DNA of 32,000 bases from Candidatus Saccharimonadota bacterium (GCA_963677765.1 OY782392.1:870001-902000), one strand, 5' to 3'; counted from the stretch's first letter, positions 10,551 to 28,247 are shown. Notes: generated by a model not told the origin, from the letters alone. Made by a program: numbers and translations.

Positions 10551-11750
10551 ATGAATGATTATTTTAAAAATAATAAAACTATAATTATATTATGATTTTT
10601 AGTTTTATTTATAATTTTGTTTTTTATTATTATGTATTTTTATATGAATAATAATAAAAAAATTGATTTATATAATTCTAATATAACTCAAAAGTTAGAT
10701 TTATTCGAGGAATATTCACATAATTGATATGATACTAGTTTTGATAATAGAGATATAAAAACAGATGAAATAATAGATTTTTATATTGATTATAATAATG
10801 ATATATCAAAAGAAGATTCAAAAGTTGAACTTTTGTTTTCAAATACAAAATTAAGTTTTTTAGCTAATTCTATTTTTTATTGAGATAATAATATAGAAAA
10901 ACTTTATTATCTTGATTTTATAAATGCTTATAGTTCTGTTATATGATATGATTTTATAAACTATAGTAATGAAAAAAAATATATAATAAATGATTTATTA
11001 TTAGATGAAAATAATATTTATAATTTTGATATAGATAATTTGGATTTATTACTTGATAAATACTTTGTTTTTAGATATTTACATAAACATAATATTGTAG
11101 ATACATCTATAGTTGTTAATAAATTAAAAACAGATATTTATGATAATTTTGAAAATATTTCAATAGATAATCAGTTATTACTTTTGTTTTATTTATCTTT
11201 GATTTCAAATGATGATTTAGAAGATTTTTTATCTTATAAAAATTTAGTTATAGATAAATTATATGAAATAGATAATCTTTCAGACTCAAATAAAATAAAA
11301 TATCTATATGTATTGAGTATTAACTGAATAAATTATGATTATGATTTTTCATATTTATTAGAAAAATTTAATGAATTTGATTATATAACAAAGTTATTTT
11401 TTGCTTCATTACTAAGTTTATATGATTTAGATTATGAAGAACAATATAATTATATTGAAAATAATTACCTATATATAGATTTAGATAATAGAAGTAAATT
11501 TTTAAAATTTTTATTATATAAAAATAATTTTGAAGATTATTCTAGTTATGATACTTACTCAAAATTTTGGTATTCTCTTTGATATGTAGTAAACAGAAAA
11601 ATTGAATATGAAGTTTGAATAAATGGAATAACTTATTATTATGCTGATTACCCAATATCTAGACTTGAATACAATAATGAAATAGATGCTAGAATAGCTA
11701 GTTTTGAATGAGAAAAGTTTTATTTACAAATAACAGTTAAACAAAAATAG
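10551..11750 (+). CDS. hypothetical N-terminally membrane-anchored protein (399 aa)
   Basis: Frame verified codon by codon, with 7 in-frame TGAs and a TAG stop. The first ATG follows an in-frame TAG at 10527. An N-terminal TM helix (TIIILGFLVLFIILFFIIMYF) is followed by an Asn/Asp/Tyr-rich domain. No family recognised. The stop lies 1 nt before the sufS ATG. Confidence 0.65.
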
Positions 11751-11751
11751 T

Positions 11752-12951
11752 ATGAACTATAAAAGTGATTTTCCAATTTTTAAAAATAACCCTGATTTAG
11801 TATTTTTTGATTCTACATCAACTAGCCAAAAACCATCAATGGTTATAGATGGAATTAAGGATTATTTAGAATCAACATATTCTAATATTCATAGAGGTAT
11901 GTATGATGTAGCAGTTGACTCAGAAAAACTATATAAAAAATCAAAAGAAATAGTAGCTTCAAGTATAAATGCTGATTCTTACAAAGAAGTAATATATAGT
12001 TATAACTCTACTTATGCATTGAATTTGCTTTCTTCAAGTATAAAAAAATCATGAATATTAAAAGCATGAGATAAGGTTCTTCTTAGTATTGTAGAACATC
12101 ATGCTAATTTAGTTCCTTGGCTTATGTTAAAAGAAGAGATAGGTATAGAAGTTGACTTTGTTTGAGTAGATGAAAACTATAATCTTGATTTTGAAGATTT
12201 CGAAAAGAAATATGATTCTAGTGTAAAAATTATATCAATGACACATGTTTCAAATGTAACATGACAAATATTTGATTTAAAAAAAGTCTGAAAATTAAAA
12301 AGAGAAGATACTTTGTTTGTAGTAGATGCAAGTCAAAGTGTTCCTCATTTTAAAGTAGATGTAAAAGAATTAAATTGTGATGCTTTGTTTTTTACTGGTC
12401 ATAAAGTATTTGCTGATAGTGGTATTTGAGTTTTATGGGCTAAAAAGGATTTATTAAATAGTTTAACTCCTAGTTTTTCTTGAGGTTGAGCTATTGGAGA
12501 AGTTTATTGTGACTCATATACTACAGCATGATTACCTGATAAATTTGAACCAGGAACTCCAAATGTTAGTTGAGCTGTTAGTTTATTAAGAGCTTTTGAA
12601 TATATACAATCTATTTGATGATTTGAAAAAATAGACCAAATAGAAGAAGAACTAATTGAATACTTTTTAGCTAAATTATCAAGCTATAAAAACATAAAAA
12701 TTATAGGTAGTTCTTCAAAAGAAAATAGAGTTTGAGTTTTCTCCCTAGTTATTGATTGATATCATTCAGATGATGTAGCTGAATTTTTAGCTGATAATAA
12801 TATAGCGGTTAGATCAGGTAAACATTGTGCTCATCCTTTATTTAAAAATAAATGATATGCTAATTCTATAAGAGTAAGCTTTTATATATACAATGATAAG
12901 ATTGATATAGATAAATTTTTCTCAGTAATAGATAATTTACTTTGAAAATAA
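11752..12951 (+). CDS. sufS: cysteine desulfurase, class V aminotransferase (SufS/Csd-like)
   Basis: 399 aa. Motifs are HHANLVPW, SMTHVSNVTGQI, VDASQSVPH, the PLP-lysine region FTGHKVFADSGIGVLW and the catalytic Cys region RSGKHCAHPLF. Confidence 0.88.
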
Positions 12952-12971
12952 AAAAAATAACAAGTCAATTT

Positions 12972-13008
12972 AAAAACATTAAAATATTTAATATTTTAAT
13001 GTTTTTTT
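12972..13008 (+). terminator. intrinsic terminator after sufS
   Basis: AAAAACATTAAAATATT pairs with AATATTTTAATGTTTTT and is followed by a T-run. Confidence 0.55.
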
Positions 13009-13077
13009 AATATTAGTTTTTTAAGATAATAAAGTTAATTGTTTTTAAATAATTTATTATAATTTAATTTTTGTAAA

Positions 13078-13806
13078 ATGAAAAAAAAAATTTTTTATAT
13101 AATAATTTTTATTTTTATAATAATATTTTTTGTATATAAAAAATACTTAATTTATTATTTTAATAGTAATAATAATCTTATAAATTTAAGCCCAGAATTA
13201 AGTTTTCAATATGATGCTGACTTAGTTAGACTTGAACATTTAGAATATTGGACTTTTCTTATAGAAGAGTTTTATGATGAAAATTGATATTATCCATTGC
13301 AAAATAATTTAAATTCAAAGGATGATATATGATTAGTAAGAATTGCAACTAAAGAACAGCAAATGTTTTTTGATAAAAATAGTGAATATTATAAATATAA
13401 TTTGGATAATAATTGAAATGATTTCTTCCAAGAGTTTGATACTAGTAAATTTATTTTAGAACTTGAAAAATGATTATTTAGAGATATAGATGAAAAATAT
13501 GATATACAAAAATATCCAACATATAGTCCTATATGGTATAATTATTTTGTTACTGAAAGTTGATATCTTTTATGGGTAACTTGTATTACATGTTGAGTAA
13601 CACCAATATCAACATTGCTTTATGATTGAGTTACTCCAACTGTAAATATAGTTTCAATATGAATGAAGGAAGAAGTTTTTAAATCATTAACAAGAAATGA
13701 AATGATAAATCATCCTATATATAAATGATGGAAAAAAAGAAATTATATTAAGGAATGATTTATCAGGGAAAGAGAAAAAGAAAACATAAATAATTCTAAA
13801 AATTAA
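13078..13806 (+). CDS. hypothetical N-terminally membrane-anchored protein (242 aa)
   Basis: Frame verified codon by codon. N-terminal TM helix IFYIIIFIFIIIFFVY. In-frame TGAs present. TAA stop. No family recognised. Confidence 0.6.
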
Positions 13807-13822
13807 TACAAATCTATAAAAT

Positions 13823-13850
13823 AAAAAGAATAGCTTATGCTATTCTTTTT
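13823..13850. terminator. bidirectional hairpin terminator between convergent genes
   Basis: AAAAAGAATAGC pairs with GCTATTCTTTTT around a 4-nt loop. It overlaps the minus-strand stop at 13849-13851. Confidence 0.55.
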
Positions 13851-16803
13851 ATTTTATGATAACTTCTCATCATTTATCTATAAATTCTTTGAATGTATTT
13901 TTTACAGTATTTAAATCTCTTTTATTTAATTCTGAAATATAGTTAGTTGTTATAAACTCATAGAAATCGTTTAATTCTCATGGATTAAATGATTCAGTTC
14001 AAGTTTTGTTTATCACATATGTTATTATTTGTAATAAATTTTTACTTTTTGTTGAAAAAGCTATTTTTCAATCTATTTTAAAACTTGCTATATTAATTCC
14101 AGATACATCTATTTTTTGTATTTGTCTAGTTATTTTTAGCTTATCTATAATTATCTCATCATTTTCATCATCTTTTACTTCATGAATTATATCAATTTTT
14201 TTGAAGTTTTTTATATTGAATTCTCAAGCTAAATTATCTCAGTATTTTTTAGAGTACTTAACTGATACTATTATTAGAAGAATTCATAAAACTATAAATA
14301 CTATCACTCTAGATATAGCATCTTCTATAGAGTACCATATATCAAATAAAAATATTTTTAAACTTACAAGAGTTAATAAATATAGTCATAAAGTTCTGTA
14401 TTTTATTTTGTTTAATGATATTCATCTTATCAATAAATATATTGATACAATTCACCAAAATATAGTAATTGCAAATGTGTTTTCAAAATAGTTATATATA
14501 AATAATGAAACTATAATTAATAAATATATAATCAATGATACATTTAAATATATTTTTTGGAGTCTTACAATATTTAGTCTATTAAATAGATATACTCATA
14601 TAGATAGTATAATTGTAGATATGTATTGAAAAATAATTAAATAATTTAAATCATATTTTTCAATTTTATATGCTATTAAATCAAAACTTCATATATGATT
14701 TAATCAAAAAATTATAAATAATACTATATAAAATACCTTTAATATATTTGAAGCATAATATGCATAAAATGCTCATATCACAGTTATTATAATTGATGAA
14801 ACAAATATGTTTAGACCATATAGATTATTATCAATTATTTCATATCATATATTTATAACAGAAATTATTCATATTATATGTATTATATCATGACTAAGTA
14901 TTTTGTGATTAACACTATTTGAATTTTTTAATTTTTTTACATTGAATAATAATATTGCAAGTATTATAGCAACAGATATCAATGATAAATGTTCTCATCT
15001 AATAATATTGTCAGAATATTCTATTAGTTTTATTATTCATATAAAGAATAAAGTAGTAGCTGCATAAAATATTTTGTTTTTATTAGTTTTGTTATAAAAA
15101 TAATAAAGTATACTTGCTTCTATTAACCAAATTATTGATATTATTATATTAGAGTTTTCAAATATTATAGCTACAGATATAGTAAAAAGTGCTACACTAA
15201 AAGCTAAATAATTATATATATTATTTTTTATATTTTCTATATTTATAGTTTTTTCAATAGGGAATTTATAAGTTATAATAATTCCTAGTAAGAAATAATA
15301 TATGGCTAATCATATAAATGCAAAACCTAATATTAATCATGGAAAATATTCATTTCAATAAATAAATAATTGAGCTCATATGAAAATTATTCATGCAATA
15401 TTACCTAAACTAAGGTTATATATTGAACTGTTTTCTCCTAAAATATTTTTATTAAAGAAAGGATATAAAGTTATTATTATTCATGTAATTAAAACTATAG
15501 AAATATTTATATAGTTTAGTTCATCAAATCAGTACAAAATGGTACTTAATCATAATGCTGTAATTACAGATGAAATCGAATATAAAAATTTTAATTCTTC
15601 TTTTCTTGTTAAAATATAATTTATTGCTAAATAAGATAATGAAACAATAGAAGATATAATTAAATATTTATTATTTAGTTCTCATAACTCTCATATAAAA
15701 TATGATGTATTTAGTAATACAAATATTCATATTATACTAAATATTAAGTTTATTAATTTAAATTTATTTTTGAATAAAGCTATTCAAAATGATGTTCAAA
15801 TTATTATAGAAAATATTATTTTAGTTATAGCTCAAATTTCTGTAGAAAAAGGTGCTACTAAAATAACTAATCATGATAGTATTAATGATCAAATTAATAT
15901 TATATTATCTTTTAATTTTGTTCATAAGAATATAGCTCAAATAGAAACTATAGATGAATAAATTAAAAGTGTATATGGATTATCAGAGCTTCAACCTGTT
16001 AAAAATGGATTTATGTATGCAAATAAGAATGATAAATAAATTATTGCTTTTGATCTATATAACAATCATGTTATTACTGCAAAAATTGTATTTAATATCA
16101 ATAATATAAAACTAGCTCAAGTTGATAAGTAGTATTCGTTAAAACTAGTTCATTCTAATACAAATTTTCATCATAATATTACTAAAAAATTGATTAGTAT
16201 TCATGTTCAAATTAGAATTTTTGATTCTTGTTTTACTCATTTTTTATCTAGATATACTCAAGAAAAATATATAGCAAAACCTATAGCAAAACCTATTATA
16301 AGTTTTAATAAATTTGGAACTTGATTCCATACTAATCAAATTAAAAACAATACTCATAAAAATACTAGTATAGCTCATAGTTTTGCTAATAAATTTTTTG
16401 AGAAAAAGTTTTTTAGCATAGTAAAAACAATATTTTCTTCTTTTTTTTCTACTTTTTTTCTAGATTTTTTTAGTTTATCATCACTATGTTTTATATTTAC
16501 TATTTTTGTTTCTTCCTTGTTTTTTAATTCTTTAGATTTTGTTAATTCTTTTACTAATGAAGTTTTTTCTTGCCTTTGTATTACTGCTTCAAAAAAGAAT
16601 TCAAGTCTAGATTTTATATATCATTGTGATAGAAATAAACTCTTAATAATAAATGCTATTACTAAATTTATTATTAAAAATACTATTAAATCATCAATAT
16701 TAAAATACCTTATTCATCAATCAATTAGTAGAAATAATAGTGTTATACAAAATCATAATACTATTGAAACTGCTATTGCGATACGATTTAGAAGTCTAAA
16801 CAT
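13849..16803 (-). CDS. large polytopic membrane protein, DUF2339-like (984 aa), with an extra soluble C-terminal domain
   Basis: All 985 codons were checked and no TAA/TAG occurs in this AT-rich DNA; there are dozens of in-frame TGAs. Architecture: two N-terminal TM helices, a Lys/Glu coiled-coil linker, more than 20 hydrophobic segments, then a DUF2339-type terminal pair (LGLYLLTLVSLKIFLFDIW...ISRVIVFIVLGILLIIVSVKY). A roughly 130-aa hydrophilic tail follows. The ATG is 10 nt downstream of the stop of the preceding gene. Confidence 0.75.
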
Positions 16804-16813
16804 AATTTTTATA

Positions 16814-18121
16814 TTATATATTATTTAATTTTTTTGTTGTAAAATAAATTGCTATTCAAAAGATTACTATTATCAATCAAAATAAAACTAAAAATATTGT
16901 TTTATTGTTTTCTATTATTCTATCATCATTTTCATCACATAAATCTCAGATTCAATCATTATCTATGTCCTTTTGGTCTTTATTATATTTATCTTTACAG
17001 TTATCACATAAGTCACCAATTCAATCATTATCTCTATCTATCTGTTCTGAGTTACTTATAAAAGGACAATTATCTATTTTATCATATATTGTATCGTTAT
17101 CACTATCTTTTTCACATAAATCACCAATTCAATTATTATCACTATCAATTTGCTCAGGATTGTAAATCAAAGGACAATTATCTTTTTCTCATATTATGCC
17201 ATCTTTATCATTGTCACTACATAAATCTCAAATTCAATTTGCATTACTATCAAGTTGTTCAGGGTTATAAATCAAAGGACAATTATCTTGTGTATCAATA
17301 AATCAGTCTTTGTCAGTATCTATTTCTTTTTGTGCATTAAAGTCATTATTCTTGTCAAAAACTATATTTAATTCTTTTGTATTATTATCTATAGAGAAAT
17401 TATTATATGGTTTGAAAGAATCATTATAATTTTTTGTATTACAGCTATAATCAGAAAACATTAATATATCTTCATTAAAAAAAGATTTTATTACTATTGT
17501 TCTTTTGTTTTCTAATAAATTCAATTCATATATTTTTATTTTTTCTCTAACACATCATAGCTTTTTACATTGAGCTGTTAACTTCAAAAAATTAAACTCA
17601 AAATCTTTTATATTTTCTTGTTCTACTCTAGAATAATTTTCTCAATCTTGAGATATTTCAATAGCTAATTCATAATTTTTTGAATCATAGTCTAAGTTAA
17701 AAATACTAGATCATTTTTTAATTGTCTTGCTCATTTCTAAAATCATTTCTTTTGATTCTAGAGTATCTAATTCAATATAAGTATTTGGGTTGTCATCGTT
17801 TGATTCAATTATTTCTAATCAATATCAATCTTTATATGCTATGCTTTCTAGTTTTTCTCATATTATTTTGTATGGTAAAATACTTCATGATTGAATTAAA
17901 ACTAAATTTTCATATCTATCTATTTTTAATTTTATATTATTAATATTACTTTCAATATTTTCATTTAATATATCTTCTTTATTTATTTTGTATTGATATT
18001 CATAACATTCATATTCAAACTCTTCTGGTAGAGGGGTTAGTATTTGATTATAATCTTCATTATTTGCAAATGATGTATTAAATATAAATATACTTAATAT
18101 AATAAAAATAAATTTTTTCAT
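16814..18121 (-). CDS. secreted, C-terminally membrane-anchored protein with thrombospondin type-3 (TSP3) Ca-binding repeats
   Basis: 435-aa frame verified codon by codon. Signal peptide MKKFIFIILSIFIFNTSFA. An N-terminal globular region of about 270 aa. Three full repeats and one partial repeat of the form DxDxDGxxDxxDNCPxxxNPxQxDx(D/N)xNGIGDLC. C-terminal TM helix IFLVLFGLIIVIFGIAIYF followed by a basic tail. Confidence 0.85.
16922..17320 (-). repeat. tandem coding repeats (TSP3-like units carrying four (N/D)GIGDLC motifs)
   Basis: Repeated DNA units such as GATAATTGTCCTTTGATTTA(T/C)AA(C/T)CCTGA(A/G)CAA, plus the AAT/GAT TGA AT(T/C) (TGA/GGT) GA(T/C) TTA TGT motif at 17219-17239, 17114-17134, 17006-17026 and 16937-16957. 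Confidence 0.85.
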
Positions 18122-18162
18122 AGTTTGGGGGTTTTAAATATGTATTTTTTTTAACTTATTAT

Positions 18163-18207
18163 ACAAAAAAATAAGAAAAACAAAAGCTTATTTTTTGTTT
18201 TTCTTAT
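18163..18207 (-). terminator. intrinsic terminator of the cyclase gene
   Basis: On the minus strand ATAAGAAAAACAAAA pairs with TTTTGTTTTTCTTAT and is followed by a T7 run (plus-strand A-run 18163-18169). It overlaps the stop codon at 18188-18190. Confidence 0.6.
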
Positions 18208-19306
18208 ATAGTTTTTTGATTTTATCTTGTGTAATTTTTTTATATTTATTTCAATTTTCGATTATTATATCTTTTTTTGTTTTTGCAATTTGTTTTCATT
18301 CTTTGTATGAGTCTTTAAATAAGTCTTTTAGTTCTTGGTTACTTGCTTTTACTCATTTTGATTTTTTGTAAAAATATAGATTTAATATATTTCCTAATCA
18401 GTATGTGAATCAAAAATTTAATGGTATTGTTAAATAAGATCAAACTCAAAAAGTTGATATTTTTGTTGCAACTATTGCTCAATTATTTATAGCATATGAT
18501 ATTCATACACTAGATATTATTGTAGATAACACTTCTTTTGATTCTTCTATTGATAATTTTATATTATATTTTTTTGCTATTTCTGTTAGCATATATACAT
18601 GTATTGCTACTAGGGAATAATTATCAATAAATGGTATTGGTTGTAGTCAAATTAGTGCTGAAACACTAGAAAAATTAAAAATTACTTTTTTTATTTCTTT
18701 GCTTGTCTCTATGTTTTTTATTGTTTTGAAGTAATTATCACTTACTATATTTTCTGTTGATTCTTCATTTATTAATATTTTATATATATCAATTTCATAT
18801 AATATTCATTTAAAACTATTTTTTCATAAGTTTATATAATTTATATTATTTTTATTATCTTTTAATTGTTCTATTAATTGTTTTGTTGTTAGTATTTCAT
18901 TTTCTTTTGTTACGGATTGTAATCTAGATGCTATATTTACAGTATTTCAGAAAACATCTATATTTTTATTGTTTATCTCTCTTTCTATGATTCAATAATC
19001 TAAACTTATTCTTAATTCTATCTTGTTTAGGTTTAGTTTTATATTAGAATTATATATTTCTAACTCTTTTTGTATTTCAATAGCTGCCATTATTCAGTTT
19101 TCTGCTGTTTCAAAGATAACCATGTAAGAGTCTCAAATAGTTTTTATTATTTTTCAAAAAAACTTATTAATTATTGGTATTACTATTTCATCTTGTTTAC
19201 TTAAAAAATCAACAATTTGTAATTTTGTTAGTAGTGATGTTTTTAGAGTATAATTCTTTATATCAGTAAACATTACTACTCAGTATATCGAGTCTAGGTG
19301 TTTCAT
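18188..19306 (-). CDS. class III adenylate/guanylate cyclase domain fused to a C-terminal DUF697-like hydrophobic module
   Basis: 372-aa frame verified codon by codon. Cyclase motifs are VVMFTDIKNYT (metal Asp), KTIGDSYMVIF (Lys plus second metal Asp), LRISLDYG and FGNTVNIASRLQS (Asn/Arg). The C-terminal half LIGLQPIPFIDNYSLVAIHVYMLTEIAKKYNIKL...TYGLGNILNLYF resembles DUF697. Confidence 0.75.
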
Positions 19307-19342
19307 TTATTTTTTAAAATTATATTTTAAAAATTTTATCAC

Positions 19343-19373
19343 AAAAAAAAGTAAATGACAATTAATCATTTAC
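19343..19373 (-). terminator. intrinsic terminator after mltG
   Basis: GTAAATGA (19351-19358) pairs with TCATTTAC (19366-19373). The minus-strand T8 run corresponds to the plus-strand A-run at 19343-19350. Confidence 0.55.
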
Positions 19374-19376
19374 TTT

Positions 19377-20441
19377 TTAATACATATATCTTTTATTTGC
19401 TTCATGTTGAGCATTTGTTTCTGCATAGTATATTTTTCCTGTACTAACACTATGTAAATAAAACCAGTAGCTTGTTTCTTTATCATTTAAAGTTGCTTCT
19501 ATTGTTTGATAACTAGGGTTTGATATTGGAGTTAAGGGTAGCCCTAGTTTTGTTCTTGTATTATAGTCATTTTTTTCATTTATATATTTTGTTACAACCA
19601 TTTTGCATTCTTCACTAGTTAATCTATAAGGATAACATACAGTTATATCTGCTCATATCATCCATCAGCTATTTAATCTCTTTTTTAATATTCATGCTAC
19701 TGTTGATTTTTCATTTTGGTTTCTTTCTTCTTTTTCAACTATTGAGGCTAAATTAACTAAGTCATTTATAGTTTCATAATCAAGATTTGAAAGTATTTTG
19801 TTATAAACTTTTTCTTCAAATGTTTCTAATTGTTTTATTACAAATACATTTATTTTAAAATCAGTATTTACTGTGTATGTATCAGGGTATAAAAATCATT
19901 CCAAAGTATTTTGATCTTTAATAAAAGGGAAAAATTCTCAAAGTTGTTTTATTTTTTCTTTGTTTTCTACATATTCTATATATTCTCATCTATTTATTAG
20001 TCATTTAGATGTTAGATATTCATCTATATCAAATATATTCCATCATTCTAATATTGTTATATTCATTTCATTAGTTATAGGCTTTTCCAATGCTATAATT
20101 ATATCTTCTATTTTTGAATTTTCATCTATTTTATAAGTTCATTCTTTTAATTCATAACTAGGTGTATTATTTTTTAAATAAATTTTATAATAAAAATTAT
20201 TTAATTCTTCAATTTTGTTTCATAGATTATAAAATGTATCATTTTTTTCTATTTTTATAATAGTTTCATTTTCTATTATTGTTTGTTTTTTGAATCAAGA
20301 ATAATTTATATAAAAGAAAATTATCAAGAATATTAATAACCATATTATTATTTTTATTATTTTAAATAAATTGATATTAGATTTTTTTTCTTGTTTTTCT
20401 TCTATCATATTTACTCTTTTTCTTCTAAATTCAGTTGGCAT
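19377..20441 (-). CDS. mltG: endolytic murein transglycosylase MltG (YceG-like)
   Basis: 354 aa. N-terminal TM helix IIKIIIWLLIFLIIFFYI. YceG motifs are LEGWNIFDI, LEGFLYPDTY, ASIVEKEE and YNTRTKLGLPLTPISNPS. ORF-track fragment 19377-19601 is its C-terminus. An alternative in-frame ATG lies at 20408. Confidence 0.9.
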
Positions 20442-20517
20442 TTTTTTGTTTTTAAGAAAAATATTTTTTGTATTTTATTTTATAAAAAAAATATATCAAA
20501 TTTAATTAAAAAAACTT

Positions 20518-20545
20518 TTGATTTTTGGCTAAAAGTTCATATACT
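20518..20545 (+). promoter_or_regulatory. putative rpoBC promoter
   Basis: TTGATT at 20518-20523, a 16-nt spacer, then TATACT at 20540-20545. It lies about 150 nt upstream of the rpoB ATG. Confidence 0.4.
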
Positions 20546-20555
20546 CTTGATGTTT

Positions 20556-20617
20556 GCACTACTTTTGATTGTGTTCTTCTGACAAAGTAGGGCATTTTTT
20601 CGTGTAGACGAAAAATG
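20556..20617 (+). other. two adjacent stable hairpins in the rpoB 5' leader (relatively GC-richer)
   Basis: Hairpin 1 pairs CTACTTT (20559-20565) with AAAGTAG (20584-20590) and has flanking G:C pairs. Hairpin 2 pairs TTTTTCGT (20596-20603) with ACGAAAAA (20608-20615). Neither is followed by a T-run. Confidence 0.3.
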
Positions 20618-20696
20618 AGAGGCAAAACGATTGTGTAATTCTGGCAAGTCTCAAGAAACAAAATTTTATTATTTATTTAAATAAATTTGTTTTAAT

Positions 20697-24161
<3,465 letters not shown>

Positions 24162-24213
24162 TATTTTTTCTTCTTTGAATGATAAAAATTTTTAATCTCT
24201 AATTATAATCATA

Positions 24214-28242
<4,029 letters not shown>

Positions 28243-28247
28243 TTTCT

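Noticed and set aside
13290-13298. A DnaA-box-like TTATCCATT, also present at 28584-28592. I considered it as a possible replication origin.
   Set aside because: The two copies are isolated, both lie inside CDSs, and neither is clustered or adjacent to dnaA or dnaN.
16271-16294. A perfect tandem 12-nt duplication, ATAGCAAAACCT x2.
   Set aside because: It lies in frame inside the large membrane protein, encodes IGFA-IGFA within a TM segment, and is a trivial slippage-type duplication.
14201-16828. Plus-strand track ORFs 14201-14491, 15770-15961 and 16517-16828.
   Set aside because: All lie antisense to the verified 985-codon minus-strand frame at 13849-16803. They are short, low-complexity and bounded by TGA, which is not a stop in this genome.
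16849-17301. Three overlapping plus-strand ORFs from the track (16849-17061, 16905-17165, 17089-17301) with odd His/Ser/Leu/Tyr-rich repeated peptides.
   Set aside because: They are antisense shadows of the TSP3 repeat region. The minus-strand frame gives a coherent signal peptide, canonical Ca-binding repeats and a TM anchor, whereas the plus-strand peptides have no start context or family resemblance.
18188-19306. The cyclase as part of a Pycsar- or CBASS-like cyclic-nucleotide antiphage system.
   Set aside because: There is no adjacent effector with a cNMP-binding, TIR, patatin or endonuclease domain. The neighbouring genes are a Ca-binding surface protein and mltG. The idea cannot be supported from this window.
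20391-20582. Plus-strand 63-aa ORF spanning the mltG start and the rpoB promoter region.
   Set aside because: It overlaps the mltG N-terminus in antisense and runs through the promoter-like elements. The peptide is Phe/Leu-rich noise typical of AT-rich DNA.
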